Shown here: positions 19,328-28,958 of the stretch, one piece after another | How the letters are laid out: every line of letters starts with the position of its first letter | Position numbering within the stretch: position 1 is the first letter of the stretch | From: a bacterium | GTDB lineage: Bacteria; SZUA-182; DTGQ01; JAFGSM01 | Assembly: GCA_049472335.1 (NCBI GenBank) | Contig: JBLIRO010000026.1 | Coordinates: 1-59,741, forward strand | Length of the DNA: 59,741 nucleotides | Direction of reading: 5' to 3' | Notes under the pieces: model-generated | Seen by the model: only the letters and a program-made list of their open reading frames with translations | Databases searched by the model: none | What the model was told of the DNA's origin: nothing | Program-made: the position numbers and the translations under genes

Positions 19328-20495
19328 TAGGTCTATCTTAATCACGGATGGGTATTGGAGAAAGACCCTTGCCATAATAAGGGCCCTCGGCAAAGAGGGT
19401 ATTTCTTTGAGCGTGGGAGAAAGGACCTCCCTGTCTCCCACTTTCTTCTCCAGGTATGTATCCAGGCGGATAATTTATCCTTCACCTAAGAAACGCCCTG
19501 AAGAATTCCTGTCTTCCCTCTTGGATTTAGTAAAAAAGAGAAGGTTTGATCTCATCCTTACACCGGAGGAGTTTACCTCCATATTGCTTGCGCGGAACAG
19601 AAAAAAATTTGAGTCTTATACGGCGGTTCCGCTGCCTTCCGTGGAAGCCCTTGAATTGGCTTCGGATAAACTCAGACTGCTAAGGCATGCCGAAGACATA
19701 GGAATACCATGTCCCAAAACCTTTTATCCGAAAAATCATCAGGATCTCCATGCAATAGCTGGAAATATTGATTTTCCCGCCGTGATAAAGCCCAGACATG
19801 GGACAGGGGCTTATGGTGTACGGTATGTGAAAAATAAAAATGAATTACTGGATCAGTATCCGGTTGTATGTAAAAGATTTTCCAGGCCCATGATACAGGA
19901 ATTTATTCCCGGCAGACAAAGGATGTTCGGGGTTTCGCTATTGTTTAACCACGACTTGGCTCCAAGGGCCTGTTTTGTGCACAGAAAAGTCAGGGAATTC
20001 CCTGTACAGGGCGGGGCCAGTACCTTAAGAGAATCGGTGGAATTTCCCTGCCTAGTGGACCTGTCTGTTGAATTATTAAAATCTCTTAAGTGGTACGGCA
20101 TAGCTAATGTTGAGTTTAAGCTGGACCCAAGGGACGGAAGGCCGAAGCTGATGGAATTAAATCCCCGTTTCTGGGGGTCATTACATCTTGCCATAAAGGC
20201 CGGAGTCAATTTTCCTTATTTATTATACAGGATGGTGACCGAGGGGGATGTTTCTCCGGTATTTAACTATAAGACGGGGATTCGTTGCAGATGGCTATTT
20301 TACGGGGACCTTCTCTGCTTTTTATCCAAATTGCGGCAAAAACGATGGGATTGGGATTTTTTTCGTTTCCTGGAGCCTAAAACAACATCCCTGGAGATTA
20401 TGGATTGGGATGACCCTTTGCCGTTTTTCGGGACATTGTTGTCATGGCTGGCGTTTCCGTTTGATCGAAACCTGGTAAAAAATATTTTTCATTAG
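19299..20495 (+). CDS. ATP-grasp ligase
   Basis: DKLRL...IPCPKT, FPAVIKPRHGTGAYG, IQEFIPG, NVEFKLDPRDG..KLMELNPRFWGS; ATG 19299 is the likelier start. Confidence 0.85.
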   Translation: MNSGTVPSNNRSILITDGYWRKTLAIIRALGKEGISLSVGERTSLSPTFFSRYVSRRIIYPSPKKRPEEFLSSLLDLVKKRRFDLILTPEEFTSILLARNRKKFESYTAVPLPSVEALELASDKLRLLRHAEDIGIPCPKTFYPKNHQDLHAIAGNIDFPAVIKPRHGTGAYGVRYVKNKNELLDQYPVVCKRFSRPMIQEFIPGRQRMFGVSLLFNHDLAPRACFVHRKVREFPVQGGASTLRESVEFPCLVDLSVELLKSLKWYGIANVEFKLDPRDGRPKLMELNPRFWGSLHLAIKAGVNFPYLLYRMVTEGDVSPVFNYKTGIRCRWLFYGDLLCFLSKLRQKRWDWDFFRFLEPKTTSLEIMDWDDPLPFFGTLLSWLAFPFDRNLVKNIFH

Positions 20496-20503
20496 AATTT
20501 GAG

Positions 20504-21430
20504 ATGAATTCACGCTTTAAACACCCATTAAATAAGCCTAATGTATATAAATGGGGGATATATTCCACTAAGCGCCTGCCTGTTTCTTTTATTTATTTTT
20601 TCGCTGCATGTTTGGCGGAGCTTAATTATTGGATTTTAAAAAGGCAGCGTCAGAATGTGGAGCAGAATATCAGAAAAATTTTCCCCGGCCAGGACTGGAA
20701 GGTCAAAAGGATTACCCGGCGATTGTTCCGGAATTATGCGAGGTATCTGGTGGATTATGCCCGATTTTATTATCTGAATACAAAACAACTAAAGGATGCC
20801 ATTCCCTCTGTCGAAGGTATAGAATATTTTCATCAGGCGGTAAATAGGGGAAAGGGGATATTGTTATTGACCGCCCATCTGGGAAATTGGGAATTAGGGT
20901 CCCTTTTCTTCAGCCATTTAGGTATACCGGTAAATGTGGTAACACTTCCTGATGAGGATAAGCATGTCCACAAGATACGTCAGCAGTATCGTCTTGGACA
21001 TCAAATAAGGACTATAACAATAAGGCATTCACCGCTGGATGGACTGTGGCAGATCCTTCAGGCATTGAAACGTAATGAATTGGTGGCCATGCTTGTTGAT
21101 CGATATCTGAGGGAAGGCGGTGAGTTGATAGATTTTTTTCAAGGTAAGGCCTATTTCCCCAAGGGGATTGTTTACCTGGCACAGATCAGCGGGGCTACTG
21201 TTTTGCCTGCTTTTGTAGTCAAAAATAAAGACTCGAATTATCAGGGTATTATATGTAAACCTTTAATCTTAGACGAAAACTATGATAAAAAAGTCTCTCC
21301 GGAGTATGTTCAAAAAAATCTTCGCCGGATTGCCCTGTCATTTGAAGGTATAATCCGCAGATTCCCTGATCAGTGGTATAATTTTGAAACCATTTGGAAT
21401 AATAGTAGTAATCTAAACATAAAAACATGA
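20504..21430 (+). CDS. lipid A lauroyl/LpxL-like lysophospholipid acyltransferase
   Basis: GKGILLLTAHLGNWE, VAMLVDR, IRRFPDQWY. Confidence 0.9.
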   Translation: MNSRFKHPLNKPNVYKWGIYSTKRLPVSFIYFFAACLAELNYWILKRQRQNVEQNIRKIFPGQDWKVKRITRRLFRNYARYLVDYARFYYLNTKQLKDAIPSVEGIEYFHQAVNRGKGILLLTAHLGNWELGSLFFSHLGIPVNVVTLPDEDKHVHKIRQQYRLGHQIRTITIRHSPLDGLWQILQALKRNELVAMLVDRYLREGGELIDFFQGKAYFPKGIVYLAQISGATVLPAFVVKNKDSNYQGIICKPLILDENYDKKVSPEYVQKNLRRIALSFEGIIRRFPDQWYNFETIWNNSSNLNIKT

Positions 21431-22308
21431 TGCCTGATACTTTATTTAATATAAGATGGAATGAAAGAAATAGCCTTTTGAATGTCCGATGCAATCAATG
21501 CCGGTCTTCCAGATCTCAACTGATCAGCATCGAAAATGGCTTTCGAATCGTAAAATGCTGTGATTGCGGGCTTGTTTACGTAAATCCTCAGCCGGAGGAA
21601 AGGGACCTGATGGAGTTTTATCAGCACTATTTTCCTGAAGATGAAGGATCTCCCCTCAGGTGGGAGCTGATGATGAGACCTGTTTTCGATGAGGTCCATC
21701 AGTATATTTTACATAACTATTCAAATGGGCGCTTGCTGGATGTCGGATGTTCTTATGGATTTTTCCTGGAGCGCTTTGATAAAACAAAATGGGAGATATT
21801 TGGCGTCGATCCTTCCGGGCACGCGGTTACTTATGCGCGAAAAAAATTAGGCAAAAGGATTTTTACAGGATCTTTGATACAACAGGATTTTCCGGATCAG
21901 TTTTTTGATATAATCACACTCTTTTATGTACTGGAGCATGTGGTTGACCCTCTGTCATTTTTAAAAGAGCTTCATCGGATCCTCAAGCCTAAAGGCCTCC
22001 TCGTGCTAAGAATCCCTCATTCAGAGCCAATAATCCGCTTAGCGAAACTTTTCAGACTGGATATCCCCCTGCTTTATCCCCCTATGCACCTTTATGATTT
22101 TTCTCCCAATACATTGAAGCTAATCTTGAAAAAAGCGGGTTTCAGAAAAATATCTGTGGAAATCGGAGAATGTACAAGGATGGAAAGGTTTTTTCAAAGA
22201 GCCTTGTTAAATGTCATAACAAGATTTTCTATAGTTTTAAGTGATGTTACCAAAAGGATCTTTTTAATGCCCGGGCTGAGTAAAACGGCTTTTGCCATAA
22301 GGTCATGA
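21427..22308 (+). CDS. class I SAM-dependent methyltransferase with N-terminal Zn-binding CxxC pairs
   Basis: CNQC...CCDCGLVYVNP; LLDVGCSYGFFL; FDIITLFYVLEHV; ATGA overlap with the acyltransferase. Confidence 0.9.
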   Translation: MMPDTLFNIRWNERNSLLNVRCNQCRSSRSQLISIENGFRIVKCCDCGLVYVNPQPEERDLMEFYQHYFPEDEGSPLRWELMMRPVFDEVHQYILHNYSNGRLLDVGCSYGFFLERFDKTKWEIFGVDPSGHAVTYARKKLGKRIFTGSLIQQDFPDQFFDIITLFYVLEHVVDPLSFLKELHRILKPKGLLVLRIPHSEPIIRLAKLFRLDIPLLYPPMHLYDFSPNTLKLILKKAGFRKISVEIGECTRMERFFQRALLNVITRFSIVLSDVTKRIFLMPGLSKTAFAIRS

Positions 22309-22377
22309 CTGGATATCAGATGGATCTGTGATGAGACTTGATTTGATAAATAAATTCTGACGGAAAGGGGCGGTATA

Positions 22378-22992
22378 ATGAATAAGAAGGTGATGATAGT
22401 TTGTTTTCTGGTAATAATGATAACTGTTTTTATCTTTGGTTCTGCGATGGCTGTTGATTGGAGGTTCCCTCTTGCACTCACCTATTCAACTGGGTGGAAA
22501 GATGTCAAGGATCTCTATGAAGATAATCTAAGAGATATCGATGATGATGAAGTAAGTACTGTCCCTTTGGGTATTTCGTTTAATCCATATGTGGAATTCA
22601 GTTCAGGGTTTGGAGTGGGTGCTGGTTTTGGACCTCTTATGCTTATCTGGGATAATTGGGATTATGTTCTCCCTCTGAAATTGGATTTTAGGTACACCAT
22701 TATGCCACAAAATACTACTGCAGCATATTTTCGTCTCGGGCCAAGTTATCATTTTGTCAAAGGATATAAGTTACACGATGGAAGTCCGGGGTTTTTTGTA
22801 GGTACTGGTGTTGAGTTTTTAAGAAATAGAAAGTTAGGTTTTGGATTTGAAATCTCTTATGATTCGGCTGAAATAGAATCTGAAAGACGTATTAGATTTT
22901 ATGATGAGTATCAGAGTGATTATCGTTACTATACATATAAAGAGGAAATTAAATCCTGCGAGTTTATGTTTAGTCTATATTTAATTTACTAA
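22378..22992 (+). CDS. small outer-membrane beta-barrel protein (paralog 1)
   Basis: Signal peptide, alternating amphipathic strands, aromatic C-terminus. Confidence 0.75.
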   Translation: MNKKVMIVCFLVIMITVFIFGSAMAVDWRFPLALTYSTGWKDVKDLYEDNLRDIDDDEVSTVPLGISFNPYVEFSSGFGVGAGFGPLMLIWDNWDYVLPLKLDFRYTIMPQNTTAAYFRLGPSYHFVKGYKLHDGSPGFFVGTGVEFLRNRKLGFGFEISYDSAEIESERRIRFYDEYQSDYRYYTYKEEIKSCEFMFSLYLIY

Positions 22993-23341
22993 ATTTTTAA
23001 GATATCGAAATTTAATTTAGTTGGTGGGGGAATAGTTTAATAATAGTGGGGGGGAATAGGATTAATAAATAATATGACTGGCTGGGAGGTGATGAATTAG
23101 AGAAAATTTACAGGTTTTATTATTCTTGTTGGATTTCGCAGAATTTTTAAACTACAAATACCTGATAAACACGCCAAAAAAGTTATAGAATAAGCACATT
23201 GGCATTTTTAGCAAACACTTCTGGAAAAGCGAGCCCTAAGGTATTGTTTGTTTTTTTAATCCTCCAAGATTTCGGAAGTATCTTTAATGATACTGGAATA
23301 ATTCTGGATTTTATAACTAAATTCTCACAGAAAGGGACAGT

Positions 23342-23953
23342 ATGATGAATAAGAAAGGTATGGTAGTTTGTTTTCTGGTAATAGTTATAACCGTTTCTTT
23401 TATTAGTTCCGCAATAGCTGCAGATTGGCGTTTCCCTGTCGCGCTGACTTATATAAGCGGATGGAGTGATGTCAAGGATCTCTATGAAGATAACCTGGAT
23501 ACAGAAGGTTACAGTTACGAGGAAGTAAGTGGATTACCCGTTGGGCTTTCGTTTCAGCCCTATGTGGAATTAGATAAAGGTTTTGCGGTAGGGGGCGGTG
23601 TTGGCCCTCTTATGCTCATTTTGGGTGATTGGGATTTTTTTGATCTTCCCCTGAGAATGGATTTTCGGTACATTGTTATGCCACAGAATGATACCGCGGC
23701 ATATTTTCGCATTGGTCCGAGTTTTCATCTGGCCAGCGGCGACTATGTGGAAAGTGATGGAGCGGGAATTTTTGTAGGCGCCGGAGTCGAGTTCCTGCGG
23801 ACCAGAAGAGTAGGTATGGGAATCGAACTGGCTTATGATTCGGCTGAAGTTGAATTTAAAAGATCCAGAAGAGATTATTGGGGCTCCATCTATACTGAAA
23901 AAGAAAAGATCAAACCCTGTGAGTTTATGTTCAGCGTGTTTGCCATATTCTAA
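23342..23953 (+). CDS. small outer-membrane beta-barrel protein (paralog 2)
   Basis: Clear paralog of 22378 (DWRFPxALTY, DVKDLYEDNL, YDSAE, CEFMFS); C-terminal Phe. Confidence 0.75.
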   Translation: MMNKKGMVVCFLVIVITVSFISSAIAADWRFPVALTYISGWSDVKDLYEDNLDTEGYSYEEVSGLPVGLSFQPYVELDKGFAVGGGVGPLMLILGDWDFFDLPLRMDFRYIVMPQNDTAAYFRIGPSFHLASGDYVESDGAGIFVGAGVEFLRTRRVGMGIELAYDSAEVEFKRSRRDYWGSIYTEKEKIKPCEFMFSVFAIF

Positions 23954-23985
23954 TATTTTAAAAGATTTTGAAACCGTTTTATATC

Positions 23986-24060
23986 TTTGAATACCTCCCG
24001 GAACAGGGTATATAATCTGTTTGGATATTCTATCAGGCCTTGCTCCGGGAGGCATTCAGA
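23986..24060. repeat. imperfect 23-bp inverted repeat (REP/MITE-like hairpin)
   Basis: TTTGAATACCTCCCGGAACAGGG ... CCTTGCTCCGGGAGGCATTCAGA. Confidence 0.6.
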
Positions 24061-24120
24061 CCCGAAAAAGGAGTTTTGTGTTTATAAACAATAAAATGTT
24101 ACAATTAACAAAATATAACT

Positions 24121-27100
24121 ATGAAAAAATTATATAAAAAGATATCATTTGTATTCCTTATATTAATCACCCTATTGATGATTGCAGATAATTATGCTTG
24201 TCCCTATGAATATCTGACGGTTACTCCTACAACGGAAGACCTGGGAAAATACCAAACCGAGCATTTTAATATTATATATCAGAAGGATCTGAGATTTGGA
24301 GTCAGTACTCTCGCTTCTCAGTGTGAGGAGGCTTATCAGGTTCTCACATCGGTCTTTAACTGGTCACCTGAAGAGAGTATAGATGTTTTATTCATAGATT
24401 CATTTGATACCCATAACGGATGGGCATCTTCAATACCTCATAACAGGATGTCCATATATGCTGCCGGGGCAGAACCCGGCTCCATGATTTTTCAGCCGGG
24501 AAACTATTTGCGAAGAACCGTTTATCATGAGCTTGCACATGTGTTGTGCATGGATATGCACTATGGATACAATTCGGTTTTATCGAAGATTTTCGGTAAA
24601 ATGCTTCCTGTAAATGACGATCCCCTTTCCGGCCTTTTGTTCTATTTTTCCGCATCTCCTGTGATGCTGGCGCCTGAATGGTATCTGGAAGGGATAGCAG
24701 TCTGGGCTGAGACTGAATTTGTGCCTCCGGGCCGGGGGAGGATGTCCATACCGGATATGATTTTTCGTTGCGCGGTAGATGAGGGCAATCTCCTTCCTTA
24801 TAACCGGTGGGACCTGGAGATCCCTTATTGGCCCTATGGCAATGGTGCTTATTTATATGGCATGAAGGTTATTAAGTATATAGATGATCAAATCTCAGAA
24901 ACCGATGTATCAGGAGACCTTGCCCAAAGCCTCGCCCATTCCTTTATGTTTAATTTTGACAGACACTCCACAAAGATAATGAAGGAAAGGGTTAAGGTAA
25001 TCGTTCATAAAATGCTTCAGCATGAGCAAAAGGTCCAGCGGGAAAATATTGAAGAACTGAAAAAGATTCCACTCACACAGGTCCCAAGGCTAACGGACCG
25101 GCAAATTATGGTTTGTTCCCCTGTCTTTGTTAATGACAGGGTATATTTTGTTGCTCATGAGGAGGAAACAAGAGACAGTTTATATGTTTATATCCCGGAA
25201 GAGCGTCGTACGCAAAAGATTGCGCATGTGCGAGTAACTGCGCCTTTTGCCAGTCTGAGCGTGTCACCTGACAGCCGTTATATTTATTACACCAGGCTTG
25301 AAATCCAACAGAAAGATAATTACTGGTATGAAGTGCGTCGCTTTGACACCATAACCCAGAAGGATATCCTGATCACAGACTCAGGAAGATACAGGGCAAT
25401 CGATATCTCTCCTGATGGCCGGAACATTATTGCTGTAAGCATGCATGAAGGAATCAGCTATCTTGTGGAGATACCCCTTGTCGATGCAGGGGAGGTCGGT
25501 CAGGAAAAGGTTTTGGTAAAAGGGGTATTGCAGGAAAACTTCAGCACCCCGAGATACTCACCCGATGGTGAGCAAATTGTTTACGTTAACGCCCAAAATG
25601 ATAATTTTGCCCTTAACCTCGATGATGAAGGCTTCAACTTGGTTGTATTTGACAGGAAAACGGGTAAAAGCAAATCAGTCTATCATTCGGAACATCAAAT
25701 CGTCTTTCCTCGATGGCACGGTAATAATAAGAGTATTATTTTCAGCAGCGATGAAAACGGTGTGTTTAACCTGTATGAGATATCACTCGATAATCCGGAT
25801 GAACCGGTCCCGCTTACACATGTCCTTGGCGGGCTGTTTGCTTATGACCTTTCACCCGACGGAAAGACAATAGCCGCGGCTGCGTATGACAGCAGAGGTT
25901 ATTACCTTACAATGCTTCCTTATAATCCTGAATCTCCGGCCCAAAAGGGATTGCCCGGCATTAAGGCTGAATGGAAGGAGAAGGCGCGAGATACTGAGAA
26001 TAGTAATGTGTCTTCCTCAATGAAGGAACCCGTATTTCGTCCCTATTCCTCTTTCAGGAATATCCATTTTGATTACTGGGGCCCCTGGTTGACTGCCAGT
26101 GCTGAAGAAGTAATGGGAGGTGTCGGGATGGTATTTTCAGACCCTGCCGGATACCAGTATCTAAAGATCTTAGCGGGCAAGGAGTCAGAATATAGCAGTG
26201 ATCTTGCCTCTATACACTATCAATATAGCGGATTTTATCCGATATTCCACCTTTTTGCCAGTCAATATCAGGAAAATTATCCCGATCTGGTTTTATCCGA
26301 AGATGATGAACGTTTTGATTATGCGGAAGATAAAAGGACAGTCGGCACGGCTGTTGATATACCGCTTATAAAAAGGGATCGACAAATATCTTTACAGTTG
26401 GGCTATAAACTGACTGACCGGGACTTTATAGAAGAGAGCGGAGATGACTATCAGGATACTAATATAAAGACGAAAGACCTTAATGATCAATCCGAAGGCT
26501 CTTTATGGGCAAAGCTTGAATTTTTCAACGGGACTGCTTTCGGAAGGAGTAATTCAGTGGAGGATGGCCGTTATGTAGCATTGACTGTAGAGAGAACGGA
26601 TGATCGATTGGGAGGGGACCTCTGCCAGACCCGTCTGATGTCTGAATGGAGTGAATACATCTCGAATCCCTGGGTAAAAAACCATGTGTTGAAGCTCTCC
26701 TGTTTATACGGGTATGGAGAAGGGGATCACACCGCTCAGAGGATGTTTGGATTGGGTGGTTTTGGCTTTCCCCTATTGTCGAGTTCCTTTGGAATCGAAA
26801 GATCGATCCCTCTGCGCGGTTATTACGAAAACTTTCAAACCGGTGACAGAATCGTCAAAGCGGGCCTGTCTTACCGTTTCCCTATTTATAACCTTTCTAG
26901 AGGCGCCACAGGTTCCATGCCCATATATTTCAACCAGATCTTTGCAGAGGTCTTTTATGAAGGCGGCAGAACATGGGATGAAAAAGAGTATGATTATGAT
27001 ATGGATGATGAATACTGGATGAATGCGGCCGGTTTTGAAGTCAACTTTTCCATAAAGCTGTTGAGGTTTTTGAGGGTAGCGCCCGGTCTGGGTTTTGTTT

Positions 27101-27201
27101 ATGCGCCGCAGCGGATAAGGGAAGATTCAGAGGACAATGACGATGAAACCGATGAGCGATTTCAGGCTTATGTTAGTATAAAAGGGTTTGTGAATTTTTG
27201 A
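24121..27201 (+). CDS. secreted/OM protein: zincin-like domain, TolB/PD40 propeller and Omp85-like barrel
   Basis: HELAH...WYLEGIAV zincin motif; SPDG repeats; 'IPLRGY' Omp85-like motif; C-terminal Phe. Confidence 0.8.
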   Translation: MKKLYKKISFVFLILITLLMIADNYACPYEYLTVTPTTEDLGKYQTEHFNIIYQKDLRFGVSTLASQCEEAYQVLTSVFNWSPEESIDVLFIDSFDTHNGWASSIPHNRMSIYAAGAEPGSMIFQPGNYLRRTVYHELAHVLCMDMHYGYNSVLSKIFGKMLPVNDDPLSGLLFYFSASPVMLAPEWYLEGIAVWAETEFVPPGRGRMSIPDMIFRCAVDEGNLLPYNRWDLEIPYWPYGNGAYLYGMKVIKYIDDQISETDVSGDLAQSLAHSFMFNFDRHSTKIMKERVKVIVHKMLQHEQKVQRENIEELKKIPLTQVPRLTDRQIMVCSPVFVNDRVYFVAHEEETRDSLYVYIPEERRTQKIAHVRVTAPFASLSVSPDSRYIYYTRLEIQQKDNYWYEVRRFDTITQKDILITDSGRYRAIDISPDGRNIIAVSMHEGISYLVEIPLVDAGEVGQEKVLVKGVLQENFSTPRYSPDGEQIVYVNAQNDNFALNLDDEGFNLVVFDRKTGKSKSVYHSEHQIVFPRWHGNNKSIIFSSDENGVFNLYEISLDNPDEPVPLTHVLGGLFAYDLSPDGKTIAAAAYDSRGYYLTMLPYNPESPAQKGLPGIKAEWKEKARDTENSNVSSSMKEPVFRPYSSFRNIHFDYWGPWLTASAEEVMGGVGMVFSDPAGYQYLKILAGKESEYSSDLASIHYQYSGFYPIFHLFASQYQENYPDLVLSEDDERFDYAEDKRTVGTAVDIPLIKRDRQISLQLGYKLTDRDFIEESGDDYQDTNIKTKDLNDQSEGSLWAKLEFFNGTAFGRSNSVEDGRYVALTVERTDDRLGGDLCQTRLMSEWSEYISNPWVKNHVLKLSCLYGYGEGDHTAQRMFGLGGFGFPLLSSSFGIERSIPLRGYYENFQTGDRIVKAGLSYRFPIYNLSRGATGSMPIYFNQIFAEVFYEGGRTWDEKEYDYDMDDEYWMNAAGFEVNFSIKLLRFLRVAPGLGFVYAPQRIREDSEDNDDETDERFQAYVSIKGFVNF

Positions 27202-27331
27202 TGATTTTCTCCCTTAATTTAATTATGACAGGATAAAAAATAAAGTAACATTTAGTTGCTTGAAAATATATACTTCTTTTTCTGTTCAGGCTTTTGTGAA
27301 CAACTAAGATATTAAAATTAAAGAGGACTCT

Positions 27332-28072
27332 ATGTTCAGTTTTAGGGATCAAGTGGTAATAGTAACCGGCGGAACCCGCGGTATAGGGAAGAGCATTTCC
27401 AAGGCATTCCTGAAAGCGGATGCAAGGGTGATCGCTGTATATACTTCAAATGACCAGAAGGCCGAAGAGTTTAAAGCAGAAAATAGCGCATATGGAAAAA
27501 AGCTTGATTTACGAAAGCTGGACATTACTGATTATAATGAAGTTGAAAAATTTTTTGATGATATTGAAGAAAAAAATGGATCTGTCGATGTGCTTGTGAA
27601 TAACGCAGGTGTCCGAAAGGATTCGCTTTTGGGGATGATGCCCGACGAGACATGGCGTTTTGTTATAAATGTCAACCTTAACGGAACATTCTGTATGTCC
27701 AGATTTGCAGTCAGGAATATGATCAGAAAGAGATATGGACGAATCATAAACATAACTTCCCCCAGTTCATATCTTGGATTCAAAGGGCAGGCAAATTATG
27801 CGGCGTCAAAGGCAGGCCAGATCGGAATGAGCCGGGTATTGTCCAAGGAGGTTGCAGGATATGGTATAACGGTGAACTGCGTATCCCCCGGTTTCATATC
27901 CACGGAATTACTTGATGATTTGGATGAATCTCGGATCAACGAATATAAAAAGATGATCCCGCTGGGAAGGTTCGCGGCCCCTGAAGAAATAGCCTATGGT
28001 GTGCTGTTCCTGGCATCCAGAGAGGCTTCCTATATCACTGGAACAACCCTGACCATTAACGGGGGGATTTAA
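27332..28072 (+). CDS. fabG: 3-oxoacyl-ACP reductase (SDR)
   Basis: TGGTRGIG, NNAG, GQANYAASKAG, VNCVSPGFI, YITG..LTINGG. Confidence 0.9.
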   Translation: MFSFRDQVVIVTGGTRGIGKSISKAFLKADARVIAVYTSNDQKAEEFKAENSAYGKKLDLRKLDITDYNEVEKFFDDIEEKNGSVDVLVNNAGVRKDSLLGMMPDETWRFVINVNLNGTFCMSRFAVRNMIRKRYGRIINITSPSSYLGFKGQANYAASKAGQIGMSRVLSKEVAGYGITVNCVSPGFISTELLDDLDESRINEYKKMIPLGRFAAPEEIAYGVLFLASREASYITGTTLTINGGI

Positions 28073-28382
28073 ATACTTAAGAGAATATTACCAGCAGAAA
28101 AAATTATAAGATTAGTAACTCTCTGATAATTATTGGATTATGAGAAGGTAGGCAGGCCCTGAATTGGTTTTGAATTTAAAACAGATAAAAGGATTATTGC
28201 CCCATAGTTTCCCCTTCTTTTTGGTTGATCTGTAAGGCAGAATTGATCTTTAGTGCAAAGAATAAAGAAACATAGTTACAGGATGTAAGGCTAAGTAATA
28301 AATTAGTCCGGCAATTTCAGGTTAAAGCCCTTTGGGTTTAGCATTTGAACCAAAATAAACAAAATAAGGAGGATGCGTTGAT

Positions 28383-28901
28383 ATGCAAAGACAATGGAAG
28401 ATAACAATAATATTTTTTCTGTTGGTGGTTTTTTGCGGCTGTACTCACCATTACGTACCAAGGGAATATCCTATAAATCCGGCGATGGTCCCAGAGTTGA
28501 ATGTCAGCCAGCCAATCAGGTTAATCAATGTTCAACCGGATAACAAAGAAACCCTGCTTGGTAAATATATGGGGCATAAATGGATGGGTAATTTAACAGA
28601 ATGGACAGATGTTGCAGTAAGCTTACTCCGGACTGAGCTACAAAAAAGAGATATAAATGTCACTGAAGACGCCTCCAAAGAGCTTAAACTTAATATTACA
28701 AAGGCTGAATTGATCTGGGGGGCTTGGGCCATACGTTGCATATTGAACCTCAGAGTAGAAACAGGGGACGGATATACTGTTGATTTGGAAGGGAATAACG
28801 CATCACCAGCAACTCTTTACAGGGCTATAGACGGCGCAGTAACAAAAGCGGTAACCGCAATGTTGAATGATGATAATATTTTAAATTATCTAAAAAAGTA
28901 A
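28383..28901 (+). CDS. lipoprotein
   Basis: Lipobox FCG-C; AGGAGG RBS. Confidence 0.8.
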   Translation: MQRQWKITIIFFLLVVFCGCTHHYVPREYPINPAMVPELNVSQPIRLINVQPDNKETLLGKYMGHKWMGNLTEWTDVAVSLLRTELQKRDINVTEDASKELKLNITKAELIWGAWAIRCILNLRVETGDGYTVDLEGNNASPATLYRAIDGAVTKAVTAMLNDDNILNYLKK

Positions 28902-28958
28902 TGCCTGATTTAGGTTTCAGGATCAGGGAATTGTTATGACTTATACTTATATGGATAT

